Assembly (NCBI GenBank): GCA_001724265.1
Contig: MEDY01000152.1
Span: forward strand, 1-61,529
Origin: Rhizaria sp. SCN 62-66
Taxonomy: Eukaryota
Direction: 5' to 3'
DNA: 61,529 nt
The translations under genes and the position numbers were made by a program. Shown here in pieces: positions 48,708 through 60,102 of this stretch. Below the pieces are notes generated by a model. It was not told the origin of the DNA, made no database searches, and saw only the letters and a list, made by a program, of their open reading frames with translations. Position 1 is the stretch's first letter, and the number at the start of each line of letters is the position of its first letter.

Positions 48708-50123
48708 ATGTACTGGCCTATCTTGATCGGCAGCGTTGCCGTGTGTGCGGCGTTGAACCTCTACAGCAAGCAGGCGTCCAAGGCCGAGAGCAAGGGCAAG
48801 AGTGAGAACGACACCAAGGATGCCGCGACGCCTGAATTCCGCTCCTTCCAGCGTTCCTGGCTCTCGGTGTACTTGCTTGCCATGTTCTCTGACTGGCTCC
48901 AGGGCCCCTACGTCTACGCGCTCTACTCCAGCTACGGCTTCTCCGGTTCCCAGATTGCTCTCCTGTTCGTCACCGGCTTCGCGTCGTCCATGCTCATCGG
49001 CACTTTCGTCGGCGCTCTCAGCGACAAGTACGGCCGCAAGCGCATGTGCCTGCTGTTCGCCGTGCTCTACACCGCTGCCGCGCTCACCAAGCTTGTCAAC
49101 TCCTTCCCCGTGCTGCTGTTTGGCCGCCTCTGCAGCGGTGTGGCGACGTCCCTGCTCTTCTCCGCCTTCGAGGCCTGGATGGTCTCCGAGCACAACCGCC
49201 GCGGCTTCCCCCCTGCCCTGCTCGGCGACACCTTCAGCAAGGCCACGCAGGGCAACGGCATCGTCGCCGTCATCGCGGGTCTCGTCGCATCGTTTGCCGC
49301 CGACTCCCTCGGCTTTGCGGCCCCGTTCGTGTGCGCCACGGGCCCACTTGCGGTGCTCGCGCTGCTCGTCACGGGCTGGGAAGAGAACTACGGCAACCAG
49401 ACCGCGGACATTGCGGGCACGATGAAGACCGCGTGGACGACGCTCACGGCGCGCAAGGAGATTGCGCTCCTGGGCGCCGCTCAGTCCATCTACGAGGGCG
49501 CGATGTATGCCTTCGTCTTCATGTGGTCCCCGGCTCTTATCGCGACCTACACTGCCGCTGGCGCCGACGCCGCCGCGACTCCGGTTAAGATCCCCTTCGG
49601 CGTCGTCTTCGCCTGCTTCATGGTGTGCGTCATGATCGGCTCCGCCGTCTTCGCGCTCATCACTGCCTCGCACCCCGTCCGCGTCGTGCCGTACCTCATC
49701 CACGGCGGCGCCGCCGTAGCGATCCTCGCCGCCGCCTTGTGCACCTCGTCCACGCTCCTCGTTTTCGCCGCCTTCCTGCTCTTCGAGGCCACGTGCGGCA
49801 TGTTCTGGCCCGCGTACGGCACGCTGCGCTCGCAGCACATCCCCGAGGAGTCGCGCGCCGGCGTGAGCAACATCTTCCGCGTCCCGCTCAACATGCTCGT
49901 GCTCGTGATCCTCTTCGGCAGTGAGCGCATGTCCGCGCAGACGATCTTCTTCATCTGCGGCGCGCTGCATCTTGTCGCGCTCGGGCTCTACGCCGCCTTC
50001 GACGCCGCTGTCGCCGCCAAGGCGAAGAAGGAGGGCGCTGTCAAGGTCGCCGAAAGCGCGGCGCCCAGCAAGAAGACTGCTGCGCCCGCGGGTGCGCGCA
50101 AGCCCTCGACCAAGGCTGAGTAA
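48708..50123 (+). CDS. MFSD5: MFS transporter, molybdate-anion transporter family (MFSD5/MOT2), 471 aa
   Basis: FRSFQRSWLSVYLLAMFSDWLQGPYVYALYSSYGF, LSDKYGRKR, LLFSAFEAWMVSEH, WEENYG, YEGAMYAFVFMWSP, IPEESRAGVSNIFRVPLN; multiple hydrophobic helices. First ATG at 48708; ends in TAA. Confidence 0.92.
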   Translation: MYWPILIGSVAVCAALNLYSKQASKAESKGKSENDTKDAATPEFRSFQRSWLSVYLLAMFSDWLQGPYVYALYSSYGFSGSQIALLFVTGFASSMLIGTFVGALSDKYGRKRMCLLFAVLYTAAALTKLVNSFPVLLFGRLCSGVATSLLFSAFEAWMVSEHNRRGFPPALLGDTFSKATQGNGIVAVIAGLVASFAADSLGFAAPFVCATGPLAVLALLVTGWEENYGNQTADIAGTMKTAWTTLTARKEIALLGAAQSIYEGAMYAFVFMWSPALIATYTAAGADAAATPVKIPFGVVFACFMVCVMIGSAVFALITASHPVRVVPYLIHGGAAVAILAAALCTSSTLLVFAAFLLFEATCGMFWPAYGTLRSQHIPEESRAGVSNIFRVPLNMLVLVILFGSERMSAQTIFFICGALHLVALGLYAAFDAAVAAKAKKEGAVKVAESAAPSKKTAAPAGARKPSTKAE

Positions 50124-50602
50124 ATGGTAAATGTATGGTAGAGGCAAGTTTATTTTCATATACGAGTATCTTGTTAACGTTGCTTTAAATAACAAAAGTA
50201 ATCGCTGTTTCTTGTTCAAAAGGAACAGCAATGTCACATGCATGGCGATCAGCTTAATTTGAGTTGCTGTTCGTCTTTTTTTGCTATACATAGTGGGATT
50301 CTTTCAAATAACCTTCTTTAGAAACCATTAAGATCTCAATATTATGCTGTATTGGCCGCAATTTATATCTTTCGAATCGGTTCATTGTAAGCATTGCTAA
50401 CTTACATCCGTGTTACTTTGCGACGTCAAAGTCAAGCATGATCACGCACGTATTCCTGTGGCCTTAAAACAATCTACAAATAACGATCAATAATGCTCTG
50501 TCACAACTTCAGCACAAAGACTACATAATTGTGATTAATGAGAGACAAGCGGTGCCATTGCAAAATCCTTGTGGCACGAGTAGGGTGTGGTGATGGACGC
50601 GC

Positions 50603-53043
50603 TCACCGGCCCGAGAAGAAGTAAGAGTTGATCTGTGCCCTGCGCTCCTTGTTGTCCTCCGCCTTCTCGCGGCGGTGGAAGAAGTAGACCGTGCCGGCAA
50701 GCAGCAGCAGTGTGGCGACAAACGCGACGCCGACCCAGAAGAGCCGCGTCGAGGGCGACACGAAGAGCTCGAGCGTCCACGCACTGTGCGTCTCGGCGGG
50801 GTACGGGAAGACGATGAGCTGCGCGTTGGGCACCATGGCGACCCACATGTTGTAGTGCTGCGAGCTGTGGATCGGGAACGCTGCGAACACCTCCTCGATG
50901 TAGCTCGCCGTGCGGCCCAGACCCGAGTGCGTGTAGGGCATGCCCAGCGGGAGGTAGGCCGACTGCGGCAGCTGCGTCGACTGGCGCACCGACTTGGTGC
51001 CCGACAGCGAGGTGATGGTGAACTTGAACGACGCGCCCACGGCGGCCGCGCCGTAGGGCCGCGGGTCGGGGAACTTGGTCCCTGTGGGACACCACGACGG
51101 ACACGCGCCGTTGATGCCCATCAGCGTGAGGAAGTACGCGTCCTCGTTGAAGTTGTTCGCCAGCGCCACCGCGCTGTTGGCGTAGGCGGTGGCAGTAACG
51201 CCCCCCTCAGTTGCCGCGGTCACCGGGGTCGGGGTGCGGAGCACGAAGACGTCGAGCCACCCGTTGTTATTCAGGTCCAGAAACGCGCCCGCGTAGGCGT
51301 TATCGATCGCGCTCAGCTGCACGTTGTCCGCGGCCAGGGGGTGGAAGCCGCGGCGGCCCGCGGACGCCGCCTCGGCAACGCAGGGCGGCGCGGCCGCGGA
51401 GGCCGACGCCGAGCAGGGCATGTTGCGCCACAGCTGCATCAGAGACGCTGAGAGAGCAAAAAACATACAAAAAAGGGGGGGGGGGGCAAAGAGTGTGTGA
51501 ATGTTAAATGTGGTTGTGTGATAAAATCTCCCCCTGTTCCGGTTCAATGTTGATTATTGTGCGTACCGTTGGTGGCGGTGTTGAAGACGGGGACCAAGAG
51601 GTCGGGGAAGCCGTCGTTGTTGGCGTCGCCCATACGCAGCGTGAGTGGCGGCTTCGTCAGCGAGAAAGTGCCGGCGGCGGCAGAAGCGCCCGCAGCGGGG
51701 GCGGCCGAGAAGCGGTAGCCCTCAGGCAGCGGCAAGATCAGGTGACGCGATGACGCTAAAAATGAAGAAAACAACAACAAAAAGAGAGAGAGTGAGAGAC
51801 GAGAGTCAACAACATAAAACAGAATTGAGGGCGAAATATGTTACAACGCTTTAAAACAGAGTGTCAAAGGAAAGATGCCAGCTTTCACTCAAGTATCAAA
51901 TTATGACATATTACGCGTGAACGTACCCTCCTTATCTGGAAACTCAAAGTAAAATGAGGCGTCGGCAGTACAGAGGTTCTGCTGTCCCCTGCAGTTGCGG
52001 CCGGGGTTGATCATGGAGGCGCACATGGGCTTCTGGATGTTGTACAGCACGTGAATCTCGCTCTTTTCGGAGCAGTCCCCGCCCGCGGGCAGACAGACGG
52101 GAAACACCATGTCGAGCGTGCCGTCGGCGTCGACGTCTCCCCACACGGGCGCCCCCGCGCCCGCCGGGAAAGAGTACTCGCGCGCCATAACGTAGTTGCT
52201 GCCAAGCGGCTCTGTGTTGCTGTTAAGCCACAACTCGGCGTAAGGCGCATCCGCGTTGCCGGCGAAGATGAACACGTCCGACAGACAGTCGCCGTTGAGG
52301 TCAACGAAGGCCGTCGCAGAGGGCTGCACAAAGGGGATGTCTTGCTCGTCCCGGTGCATAAACTGGGTGGTGTCGTCGTGGCTGAGAGCCGTGAAAATGT
52401 ACTCCCCGGACTTGGAGACGGCGCCGGTGTTGCTCCACAGGCGGCGCTCCCCGCCCGGCGCGGTGCCGATCAAGTCCGGGAAGAAGTCGTTGTTGTAGTC
52501 GAACGCGGCTGGCACCGACAGCGGCTGGTGGTCGCCCGTGAAGCCCCGCACAGGCTGCACCTGCAGCGCCTGGCCCAGCTCCAGCACGCGCAGCATCGTG
52601 ACCGTGAGCGCGCCCTCGACCGCGACGTCGCCGTTGTCGGCATCGGCGTTGGCGGCATCGGCGTTGGCGGCGTCGGCGCTCGTGAAGACGAGGATCTCGA
52701 GCGCGTTGTCTTTGTCGATGTCGTTGGCAAACATGCTCACGACGGTGCCATTAAGCACTATCGTCGGGCCGTCGGGCTGGAACTGCTTCAGCGCGGGGCT
52801 GTACAGCCACACCTGCACCGTTGACGTCGTCACCGCGCCGGCTTCGGCCGCGGGCGTCACCGTCGCCGTCGCCAGGTCCGTGTGCTTGTCGGAGTTGAAG
52901 TCGGCGAAACACGAGATGGACGCGCCGGTGGCCGCAATGTCAGCCACCGCGGTCGAGGGCGCAAAGGACGCGCGCGCAAGCAACACGCACACAGCCAGCA
53001 GTAGCGCGGAGAGGAGCGCGGCGCGGGCGCGGAGCGGAGCCAT
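50603..53043 (-). CDS. ITFG1: T-cell immunomodulatory protein / LINKIN (FG-GAP repeat type I membrane protein), 716 aa; exons 53043-51927, 51755-51567, 51447-50603
   Basis: Signal peptide; FG-GAP motifs (FADFNSDKHTDL, DYNNDFFPDL, AFVDLNGDCLSD, GDVDADGTLDMVFPVC, LRMGDANNDGFPDLL, FLDLNNNGWLDV); QLPQSAY.PL.MPY..GLGRT..YIE; PNAQLIV.PYP; TM helix followed by HRREKAED.KER. Spliced length is 2151 nt, in frame. Ends in TGA. Confidence 0.9.
51448..51566 (-). other. Spliceosomal intron 2 of ITFG1 (119 nt, phase 1)
   Basis: G|GTACGC ... C12/T-rich tract ... CTCTCAG|CG; removal restores the frame. Confidence 0.88.
51756..51926 (-). other. Spliceosomal intron 1 of ITFG1 (171 nt, phase 1)
   Basis: G|GTACGT ... 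polypyrimidine tract ... TTTTTAG|CG; AT-rich, contains an in-frame TAA; removal restores the frame. Confidence 0.88.
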
Positions 53044-54157
53044 TGCTGGAGGGCAGTTGTGGTGAAAGTTGCGACGAGCTCAGGGGCGGAAGGAAAAAGA
53101 AGCCAGAAACGTTACTTTGATGTCAGTAAAATACCCAACGCGTTGGCTATTCGGAAAAATGTCTTCAAACAAAGAAAAGTCGCGACGGATGAGAGACATT
53201 AAGGAAAATGATTGTGAAGGTCGCATCAAACGGACAGCGTTTGACTGATTGAAAATGCGTTAACACCTGACAGCAAAGATTGAAGCTTATTAAAATTTGA
53301 AAATTACCACAAAATCTCTAACATGTGATCTTCCCCGTGTGGAAGCGTCACCCCTATTTGTCGATGATGAATGTCTGGGGCGCTCATTTTTTTTCTCCGG
53401 CTTGTGACGTAGACCCCAACAGGCACTGGAGGCGCGACGTAAACGAAATCTCAATAACTACTCATATGGTCATGTGAAATCCGCAGATATATGCGATATC
53501 AAGACACATCAAGCCACAACAAGTAAATTCAAGAGATAATGTATTGGTTATATATGCGCGTGTGCAAAAAAAAGACCTTCACTCTTGCGAATAGTGAACA
53601 TATACCTGATTGTTACGAGTCATCAATTCCGAGTAACACAAGCGTACACAACACACACTCACACAAGGATACGGACGTACAGTGACACAATGAACAGGGA
53701 ATTTAAATCAAAACAGTTGCATTGCTTCCAATGACAAAACCGAGCTAGTAGTGGCCCGGACTGCGAATTACATACACGCGATCTTGACGAACAAATCGAA
53801 GCAAGCGAGAGAAAGAGAAGAAAATGACTAAAAAAAACAGTCAAATACATGACAGGACGAACAAAAAAGAGAAATCATATCACGGAGAAGAAGGGAAAAA
53901 AAGGGAGCAAATGTACAGTTGTGCTAAACGATCAAGAACAGAGAGACTAGAGAAGCCTAAGTGTTACATGTCATCACATAGCACTGACCAGCACGCGGCA
54001 CAGAATTGACAAGCAGGTGTAAATGAGACTGTTTTGCTCATATTCAGCCCAAATTTGCGATCATATTTATGTTGCTTCATTCTGCGAAGCTTAACTCAGC
54101 CTTAATGTTGTTTTTGAAGTCTGCATCTGCTCGTATTGCGCTGATGTCGCACTCGCT

Positions 54158-55516
54158 TCACGTCGTGCTCTTGGCCGCAGGGGGAAAGCTCTTGGCACTC
54201 GCAGCATTGCTGCTCCCCGCACCCGCACTCGCGCCCGCCGCGCCTGCCGCACCTGCGCCAAAGCCCGCGTCGCTTCCGTTGCCGTTGCAGAACGACGTGC
54301 GCGGGCTGCCCTGCGCCGCCGGGCTGGCAAGCCCGGACCCCGGCCCCTGCATAGCGATCGGCCCCACCCCGCCCGCAGACCCGGCAGCGGCGGCGGCGGC
54401 GGCGGACATGGCGCCGGGCACGTAGGACTGCGGGTGCGGGTGCAGCAGCGGCTGCGCAGAGCTCCCGCGCGGCGAAAACGGCGACATGATGGCTAGCACT
54501 GCCTTGGAGCCCGTCTTGGTGCGCTTGACCGTGGCCTGCGCCTTGAGGCGGCGGCGCTCGTTCTCGAGCCAGATGGCGGCCATGTTCTTGATCATGACGT
54601 CCTTGATGTCGGGGCCGGCCTCAGGATCGGGCACATCCTCCGGCGCCACCGCCACAGAGACGCCGGCAGGGTTCGGTGGCCCGCGCGCCGCGCTCGCCGC
54701 CGCCGCCGTCGCCGCCGCCGCCGAGGCGGAGCCAGAGGCCGCGGCGCCGGCGCCGGCGGACGCCGGGTCCGCGTAGGTGGTGGAGTGGAGGAGGTCGAGG
54801 TCGAACGAGGACAGCGCTGTCTGGATGGCGTACATCTCCAGCTCCTCGAAGCTCGCGTCGGCCTCGGGCGGGCCGCGGCTCAGCAGCGACGACGCCGACG
54901 GGGAGCCGCCCAGCGCGCCCAGCGTGTTGCCGCTGCCGCCGCCGCTGCCGCTGCCGTTGCCGTTGCCAGTGAAGGCGGTGGAGGGAAGCATCTTCTGGAA
55001 CGCAGCCGCCGCGGGGCCCGACGAGAGCTGCATGATAAGGAAGCCTTGGCGCTCGGCCCACGCCTGCGCGTCGAGCGGGAGCGGGAACGCGGCGTCGGCG
55101 GACGGCACGCCGTTGACCACGGGTGGCGAGGAGACCTGCGTCGCGGAGGGCTTGATCGGGGTCGAGAGGAGGGCCAGGTCGAGGGCCGCGTACGAGTCCG
55201 GCACCGTCTTGGACGACGTGGCGGCGGGCGCTGGCACGGGCGAGGACGCGGGCGCTGACGACGACGAGGACGACGAGGAGGCCGAGGCCGAGACGACGGA
55301 GGTGTACGAGGCCGAGGTGGAGAGAGTGGTGGCGTTGAGAGGGGTGATGGCGACGGCAGGGGCCGGGAGCTGAGTCGACATCTGCGTGTTCAGGGTGGGG
55401 AAGATAAGGGGCGTGGGAACGATGGCCGAGTCGGGGACGTCATCACCGACCACGCCGGTGTTGATGGAGGGACGCACAGCGCCACTGGGAGTGCTGCTTG
55501 GAGCGACGGCTGACAT
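54158..55516 (-). CDS. Hypothetical Ala/Ser/Pro-rich protein, 452 aa
   Basis: ATG at 55516 in GCC-ATG context, strong GC3 codon bias, ends in TGA, flanked by AT-rich DNA. Short ordered segments (FEELEMYAIQTALSSFDLDLL, IKDVMIKNMAAIWLENERRRLK). No family recognised. Confidence 0.75.
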   Translation of the reverse strand: MSAVAPSSTPSGAVRPSINTGVVGDDVPDSAIVPTPLIFPTLNTQMSTQLPAPAVAITPLNATTLSTSASYTSVVSASASSSSSSSSAPASSPVPAPAATSSKTVPDSYAALDLALLSTPIKPSATQVSSPPVVNGVPSADAAFPLPLDAQAWAERQGFLIMQLSSGPAAAAFQKMLPSTAFTGNGNGSGSGGGSGNTLGALGGSPSASSLLSRGPPEADASFEELEMYAIQTALSSFDLDLLHSTTYADPASAGAGAAASGSASAAAATAAAASAARGPPNPAGVSVAVAPEDVPDPEAGPDIKDVMIKNMAAIWLENERRRLKAQATVKRTKTGSKAVLAIMSPFSPRGSSAQPLLHPHPQSYVPGAMSAAAAAAAGSAGGVGPIAMQGPGSGLASPAAQGSPRTSFCNGNGSDAGFGAGAAGAAGASAGAGSSNAASAKSFPPAAKSTT

Positions 55517-55893
55517 GGCTTCGGGAGGCGCTGGAGCCACGTGCAAACAGCTAGACAGGTAAAATGCAAGTTCAGTCAATAGAACCAAAGAGGGAAAACG
55601 GTCTACACAAAGCTATAACAGTAAACTAGAAGAGAGGCCGGTGTGGGTGAGCGAAACCTGCAAAAATGGAAACGAGTCCAACTTCTCTGAAGGGACTTTG
55701 AAGAGAAATACGCTCAGACGCGAGCGTCATCAAGCGCCCGTGCAAACTTGAGTCGATTAAAAATATCGTGTTTTTGACAAAACAATTTCACAATGTGCAT
55801 TAATGTGCGCGCAATTCAAAATATCTGGAATTCCCAATGTCTCCAGAGGAGAAAATGATTTTACATAGATTTTTTTCGGAACACCAACGAGCC

Positions 55894-55901
55894 TTTCCCG
55901 C
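55894..55901 (+). promoter_or_regulatory. Candidate E2F site upstream of RFC5
   Basis: TTTCCCGC is an exact match to the E2F consensus TTTSSCGC, in AT-rich DNA ~320 nt before the RFC5 ATG. An 8-mer match alone is weak evidence. Confidence 0.4.
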
Positions 55902-56221
55902 CCGCCTTTGGCAATCATGTTTGTTCCTTTAGCGCTTTCAGAAGTTCGTTGATTGTCTCATCAATGACTACTTTACATATAAATCTTGGATTTTGAGTTC
56001 TTTACGTAATTATCACTCCAAAAGACCTTGCGGCCATGCGCAACGCTGCTTGGCTCTCGTCCCAGACTTGCTACGACAGCGCGCCAAACCCGCCACTCTC
56101 TGTCCCAGCCCTCCTTCTGTCCCTGTAATGCTTATTTCATTTCCTATCTTATTTCCTTTTAGTTATACTCACTCCCCTGCTCCTTTTGCCTTTCCTGGCG
56201 TCTTCTCGATAGACAGCCAGC

Positions 56222-57894
56222 ATGTCTCAGTCGCCTGCTGACAACAGCAACTCCTCCGCGTCAGCCATGACCGACGGCGCCGCTGCGCCGCCCGCGCCCA
56301 AGTCCTTCGCCGACATGTTCAATCCTGCGGCGGCCACCAAGCGCCAGGCTGCTGCCGAGGCCCGTCTCAAGGAGGCCGAGGCCGCTGCTCTCACGATCGC
56401 CGCTGCCTCCACTCAGGTTCGTCCCGCCTCCGTATCACTCAACAAACGACAACAGTACTAAACGGCATATTGAAACATGCAACGTTCTCAAAACCGCTCG
56501 AACTTATCGTAAAGTTCTAAAGCTAACTTAAACTATACTATATTGCCTTTTTGTCTTCCTAACCTTTCAACCTGTGTTGTTGTGACTTCGTGTCTGTTCT
56601 TTGCGCCCCCACTTGCACACAGGACAAGGATGGCGTGTTCCACGCCCCGCACGAGGACATTAACAGCGCGTCCTTCCGCGGCGACACCGTCTCGTGGGGC
56701 CGCTCGGCGACCGAGGTCGACGCGCTCGAGTCGGAGCGCCTGGCCGTCAAGGCGCGCATGCCGTGGACGGAGAAGTACCGCCCAGAGTCGCTCACCGACG
56801 TCATCTCGCACGGCAACATCCTCACCACGCTCGACGCGCTCATCGGCCGCGGCGCGCTGCCGCACTTGCTTTTTTACGGCCCGCCGGGCACAGGCAAGAC
56901 GTCGACCGCGCTGGCCGTCGCGCGCAGGCTCAACGGCGCCAAGGAGATGCGCCGCATGGTGCTTGAGCTCAACGCCTCCGACGACCGTGGCATCGACACT
57001 GTGCGCGACAAGATCAAGGAGTTCGCGTCCTCCCGCCAGCTCTTTCAGGGCGGCACCAAGCTCATCATCCTCGACGAGGTACGCTCCATTACACAGCAGC
57101 AGCAGTAACAGCACAATCATTCGCTCGAAATGTCGAAATGGACTCGAAACAGTCTGAATCTATCGCAACTGTGCTAACATAACTTAATAATCTCCTTTGT
57201 CTTTTCTTTTTCTGGGTTGTTTTCCATTTCTCAGGCTGATTCCATGACGCGTATTGCTCAGTTCGCGCTGCGCCGCGTGATCGAACAGTACACCAAAACG
57301 ACGCGCTTCGTGATCATCGCCAACTACGTCAACAAGATCATTCCGGCGCTGCAGTCTCGTTGCACGTCGTTCCGCTTCGGTCCGCTCGACTCGGCCGACG
57401 TGAAGAAGTTCCTGCTCACTGTCGCCGCGCAGGAGCAGCTGCCGCTGGACGCTGCGCACGCGGGCATCGACGCAGTCATCTCGCTCGCCGGCGGAGACAT
57501 GCGCAAGTGCCTCAACGTCATGCAGGCGTGCAAGGCCGCGTACGGGCGCGTGGACGAGCGCACTGTGTTTCAGTGCACGGGCGCGCCCGACCCCGTGGAC
57601 GTGCAGAAGGTCATGGACTCGTTGCTTAACGCCACGTTTGCGGAGGCCTTCGCGGCGGTGCAGACGCTGCAGCAGGAGAAGGGGCTTTCGCTCGTCGACA
57701 TCCTGCAGTCCCTGCACGGCATCGTGCTGCGCATGAAGCTGCCGCCCACCGCGCTGGCCTTCCTGCTGCCCCGTCTGGCCGACGTCGAGCGCGCGCTGAC
57801 CCAGGGCGCCAGTGAGAAGCTGCAGCTGGGCGCGACTGTCGGCGCGTTCGTGCTCGCCAAGACCATCGCGGCCAAGGCGGCAACCGCCAAGTGA
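56222..57894 (+). CDS. RFC5: Replication factor C small subunit (human RFC5 / yeast Rfc3 type), 436 aa; exons 56222-56416, 56623-57078, 57235-57894
   Basis: MPWTEKYRP, LPHLLFYGPPGTGKTS (Walker A), MVLELNASDDRGID, KLIILDE|ADSMT (Walker B split by intron 2), ALRRVIE, KIIPALQSRCT.FRFGPL, GDMRK.LN. Ends in TGA. Exon 1 is less certain than exons 2-3. Confidence 0.93.
56417..56622 (+). other. Spliceosomal intron 1 of RFC5 (206 nt, phase 0)
   Basis: CAG|GTTCGT ... CTAAC branch-like motifs ... CACACAG|GAC; AT-rich with stops. Confidence 0.78.
57079..57234 (+). other. Spliceosomal intron 2 of RFC5 (156 nt, phase 0)
   Basis: GAG|GTACGC ... GCTAAC ... long pyrimidine tract ... TCTCAG|GCT; removal rebuilds the DEAD Walker B motif. 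Confidence 0.95.
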
Positions 57895-59019
57895 AGTGCG
57901 CGATGTAGTGCAGCATTGTGCAGTGATGTGTTGTGGATAACTCGACTCGTTTGGGTGTGAACTTGTCTGAAATGCAAGTGGCACAGAAGATATTTTCAGG
58001 TCCACTGGGGGCCAGAGGATAATACTGGCGCCTTTCGGAGTAAAGAGACGCTTTATATAATACAAAGTTGTTACTCACGCAATTATTGGCTGTTTTCTTT
58101 TGCTTGATAAACTCTTAATGGAGACTATTAACTTGAAGATCGTCACTGCGGCGCTGCTGCAAAGTGGGTAAGCAGGCGTATCACAACTCTCGTACAAATA
58201 CACCCCGGATGCCTGCTTTACATGCTCATTGCGCATTGATGCGAGCTTATTAATGTGTATGTGATTTTTCGTTTGAATTTGTAGAACTTTTGCAGTTATG
58301 AAATAATTGAGTTGATATCAGACGATCGTTTTTTTGATCGCCGGAAATCAGAACAGAAAGTGCAAAATAGAGGAAAATGCGTTTATTCAAATTCACAACA
58401 TGAAATCAAGCATAAAAACACGCGATAAAGAAGATATTACGTTTTTGTTTCTTAATGAGTCGATATGAGCGAGATATTCCAAGTTTTTGCTAGTCGCCGA
58501 CGCGGACCACAGTCACTCGATCCGATTTCGCGGTCGACCGAAGAATTCTCAGAAGTTCTTTAAGCGAAACGGATCACCCTTACAAGCCGGTTATTACGCA
58601 TCCTACGATCGCCAAGCGGAATGATAATACTGAAAGCATATCTTTTGCGTTACAAATGCACTTTTGTCATATTTTTCATCGTGTTTTGAGGTGCTGATTG
58701 GGTCTAAAATCGCTCTCGATGAATGATGTGACCATGCCGCCTTGCGTCATCATTCGACCTTCACAATCCCTCGCACCCCACCATCCTCCGCTGCATACTG
58801 TACGCATACTCCACTCATAACCACATGCAACCATATTTTATTTTGTTTTATCGGATATAGCACTCCCCCAGGCTCTAATACGCTCTGTTCCAGCCGGATT
58901 CCCATCCCCTGCCCCCCTTCTACTTTTTGCACTCGCATCTGTAACACTTAGCTTCCGCCGGCCGCCGCGCGTCCCGCTCTGCTCCGCTCCGCAGCGCTCC
59001 CCGTTTCCGCTTTTTCATT

Positions 59020-59790
59020 ATGGCTCAGTATCTTCCCGACACTCCTGGTCCGATCTATGACCTCAGCTCGACGTCCTTCGTCAAGCAGAACCAGTCCAAG
59101 AACAAGGGCTTCTCGTTGACTGGCCGTCCCCACGGCGTCCAGTCCGAGTCCCTCCCGGGTCCCGCCAAGTACAACATCAAGCGCGACTTCGACAACAAAT
59201 CCTCGAACACCCCTCAGTACTCGTTCACGGGCAAGGCGCGCGACCCTAACTACGACCAGGGTTTGCCGGGCCCCGCGGCGTACTACAAGGACGGCCCGCC
59301 TTCTGTCTTCAAGACGCAGGGCAAAGTGCGCGGGTACACGCTCTCGGGCCGCACGCGCCTCCCCTCGATGTCCGACGACGACATCCCGGGCCCCGCGCGC
59401 TACACGAGCAAGTACGACCCCTCTGTGCAATCGCCTTCGTGCATCAGTGCGGCGGGCACTTCGTCGTTCCTGACGTCGCGCCGCAACGTGGGCGCGGGCA
59501 GCGAGGGCCCCGGCCCCAAGTACAACATCCCCACCACGGTGGGCGGGAACAAGATCAACGGCCGCGCCGCGTCGCTGGGCTCGCGCAACCACCAGCCGCG
59601 CTCGGACGACGGACCCGGACCCGCCAAGTACTTCCCCACGCTGCCCGGCGAGTCGGATGCCAGCAAAAAGACCAGGGGCTTCACGATGGGCGCGCCGCTC
59701 AACCCCGGCGCGTCGACGTACCTGTCTTCCAAGATGGCGCGTACCATCATGCTCAAGGACCAGGTCGCGGCCAACAACCCCAAGCAGTGA
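59020..59790 (+). CDS. SHIPPO-repeat (PGP-x-Y) ODF3/CIMAP1-like axonemal protein, 256 aa
   Basis: Six regularly spaced repeats: TPGPIY, LPGPAKY, LPGPAAY, IPGPARY, GPGPKY, GPGPAKY, most followed by an (F/Y)(S/T)x(x)GR-like motif. Ends in TGA. Confidence 0.85.
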   Translation: MAQYLPDTPGPIYDLSSTSFVKQNQSKNKGFSLTGRPHGVQSESLPGPAKYNIKRDFDNKSSNTPQYSFTGKARDPNYDQGLPGPAAYYKDGPPSVFKTQGKVRGYTLSGRTRLPSMSDDDIPGPARYTSKYDPSVQSPSCISAAGTSSFLTSRRNVGAGSEGPGPKYNIPTTVGGNKINGRAASLGSRNHQPRSDDGPGPAKYFPTLPGESDASKKTRGFTMGAPLNPGASTYLSSKMARTIMLKDQVAANNPKQ

Positions 59791-60070
59791 GGAGTGGGCA
59801 AATCGAGGAACGATAGACACCACATGTGTGATGTGTGTGTTGTGTGAGGGCGCGGGGCCGGAGGTGGAATTTTGTGTTTTCAGGGCTGTTCTTCTGGGGC
59901 ATTATTTCGTTTTTTTAATGACGTGCATCATAATGCACGGGCTTGCGCTGAGTCCGTGGAGCTGCCAATAGTTCCATGTGTTGATATCAGTGTCACAACA
60001 AGTACGAAGTAGGACAGAGAAGACAGCATATTTCCAAATTGCTTCGCAGCTAGAAAGAAGAAAAAACATA

Positions 60071-60102
60071 AGCACGTATCAGTACGAGCACGTATCAGTA
60101 CG
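60071..60102. repeat. Perfect 16-nt tandem duplication in intergenic DNA
   Basis: agcacgtatcagtacg occurs twice in tandem. Confidence 0.85.

Noticed and set aside
48675-50291. 538-aa minus-strand ORF
   Set aside because: Antisense shadow of MFSD5 caused by codon bias.
51475-51486. G12 run as a G-quadruplex or regulatory element
   Set aside because: It is the poly-C part of the pyrimidine tract of ITFG1 intron 2 on the minus strand.
57184-59823. Minus-strand ORFs of 293 aa (57184..58065) and 291 aa (58948..59823)
   Set aside because: Antisense shadows of RFC5 exon 3 and the ODF3-like gene.
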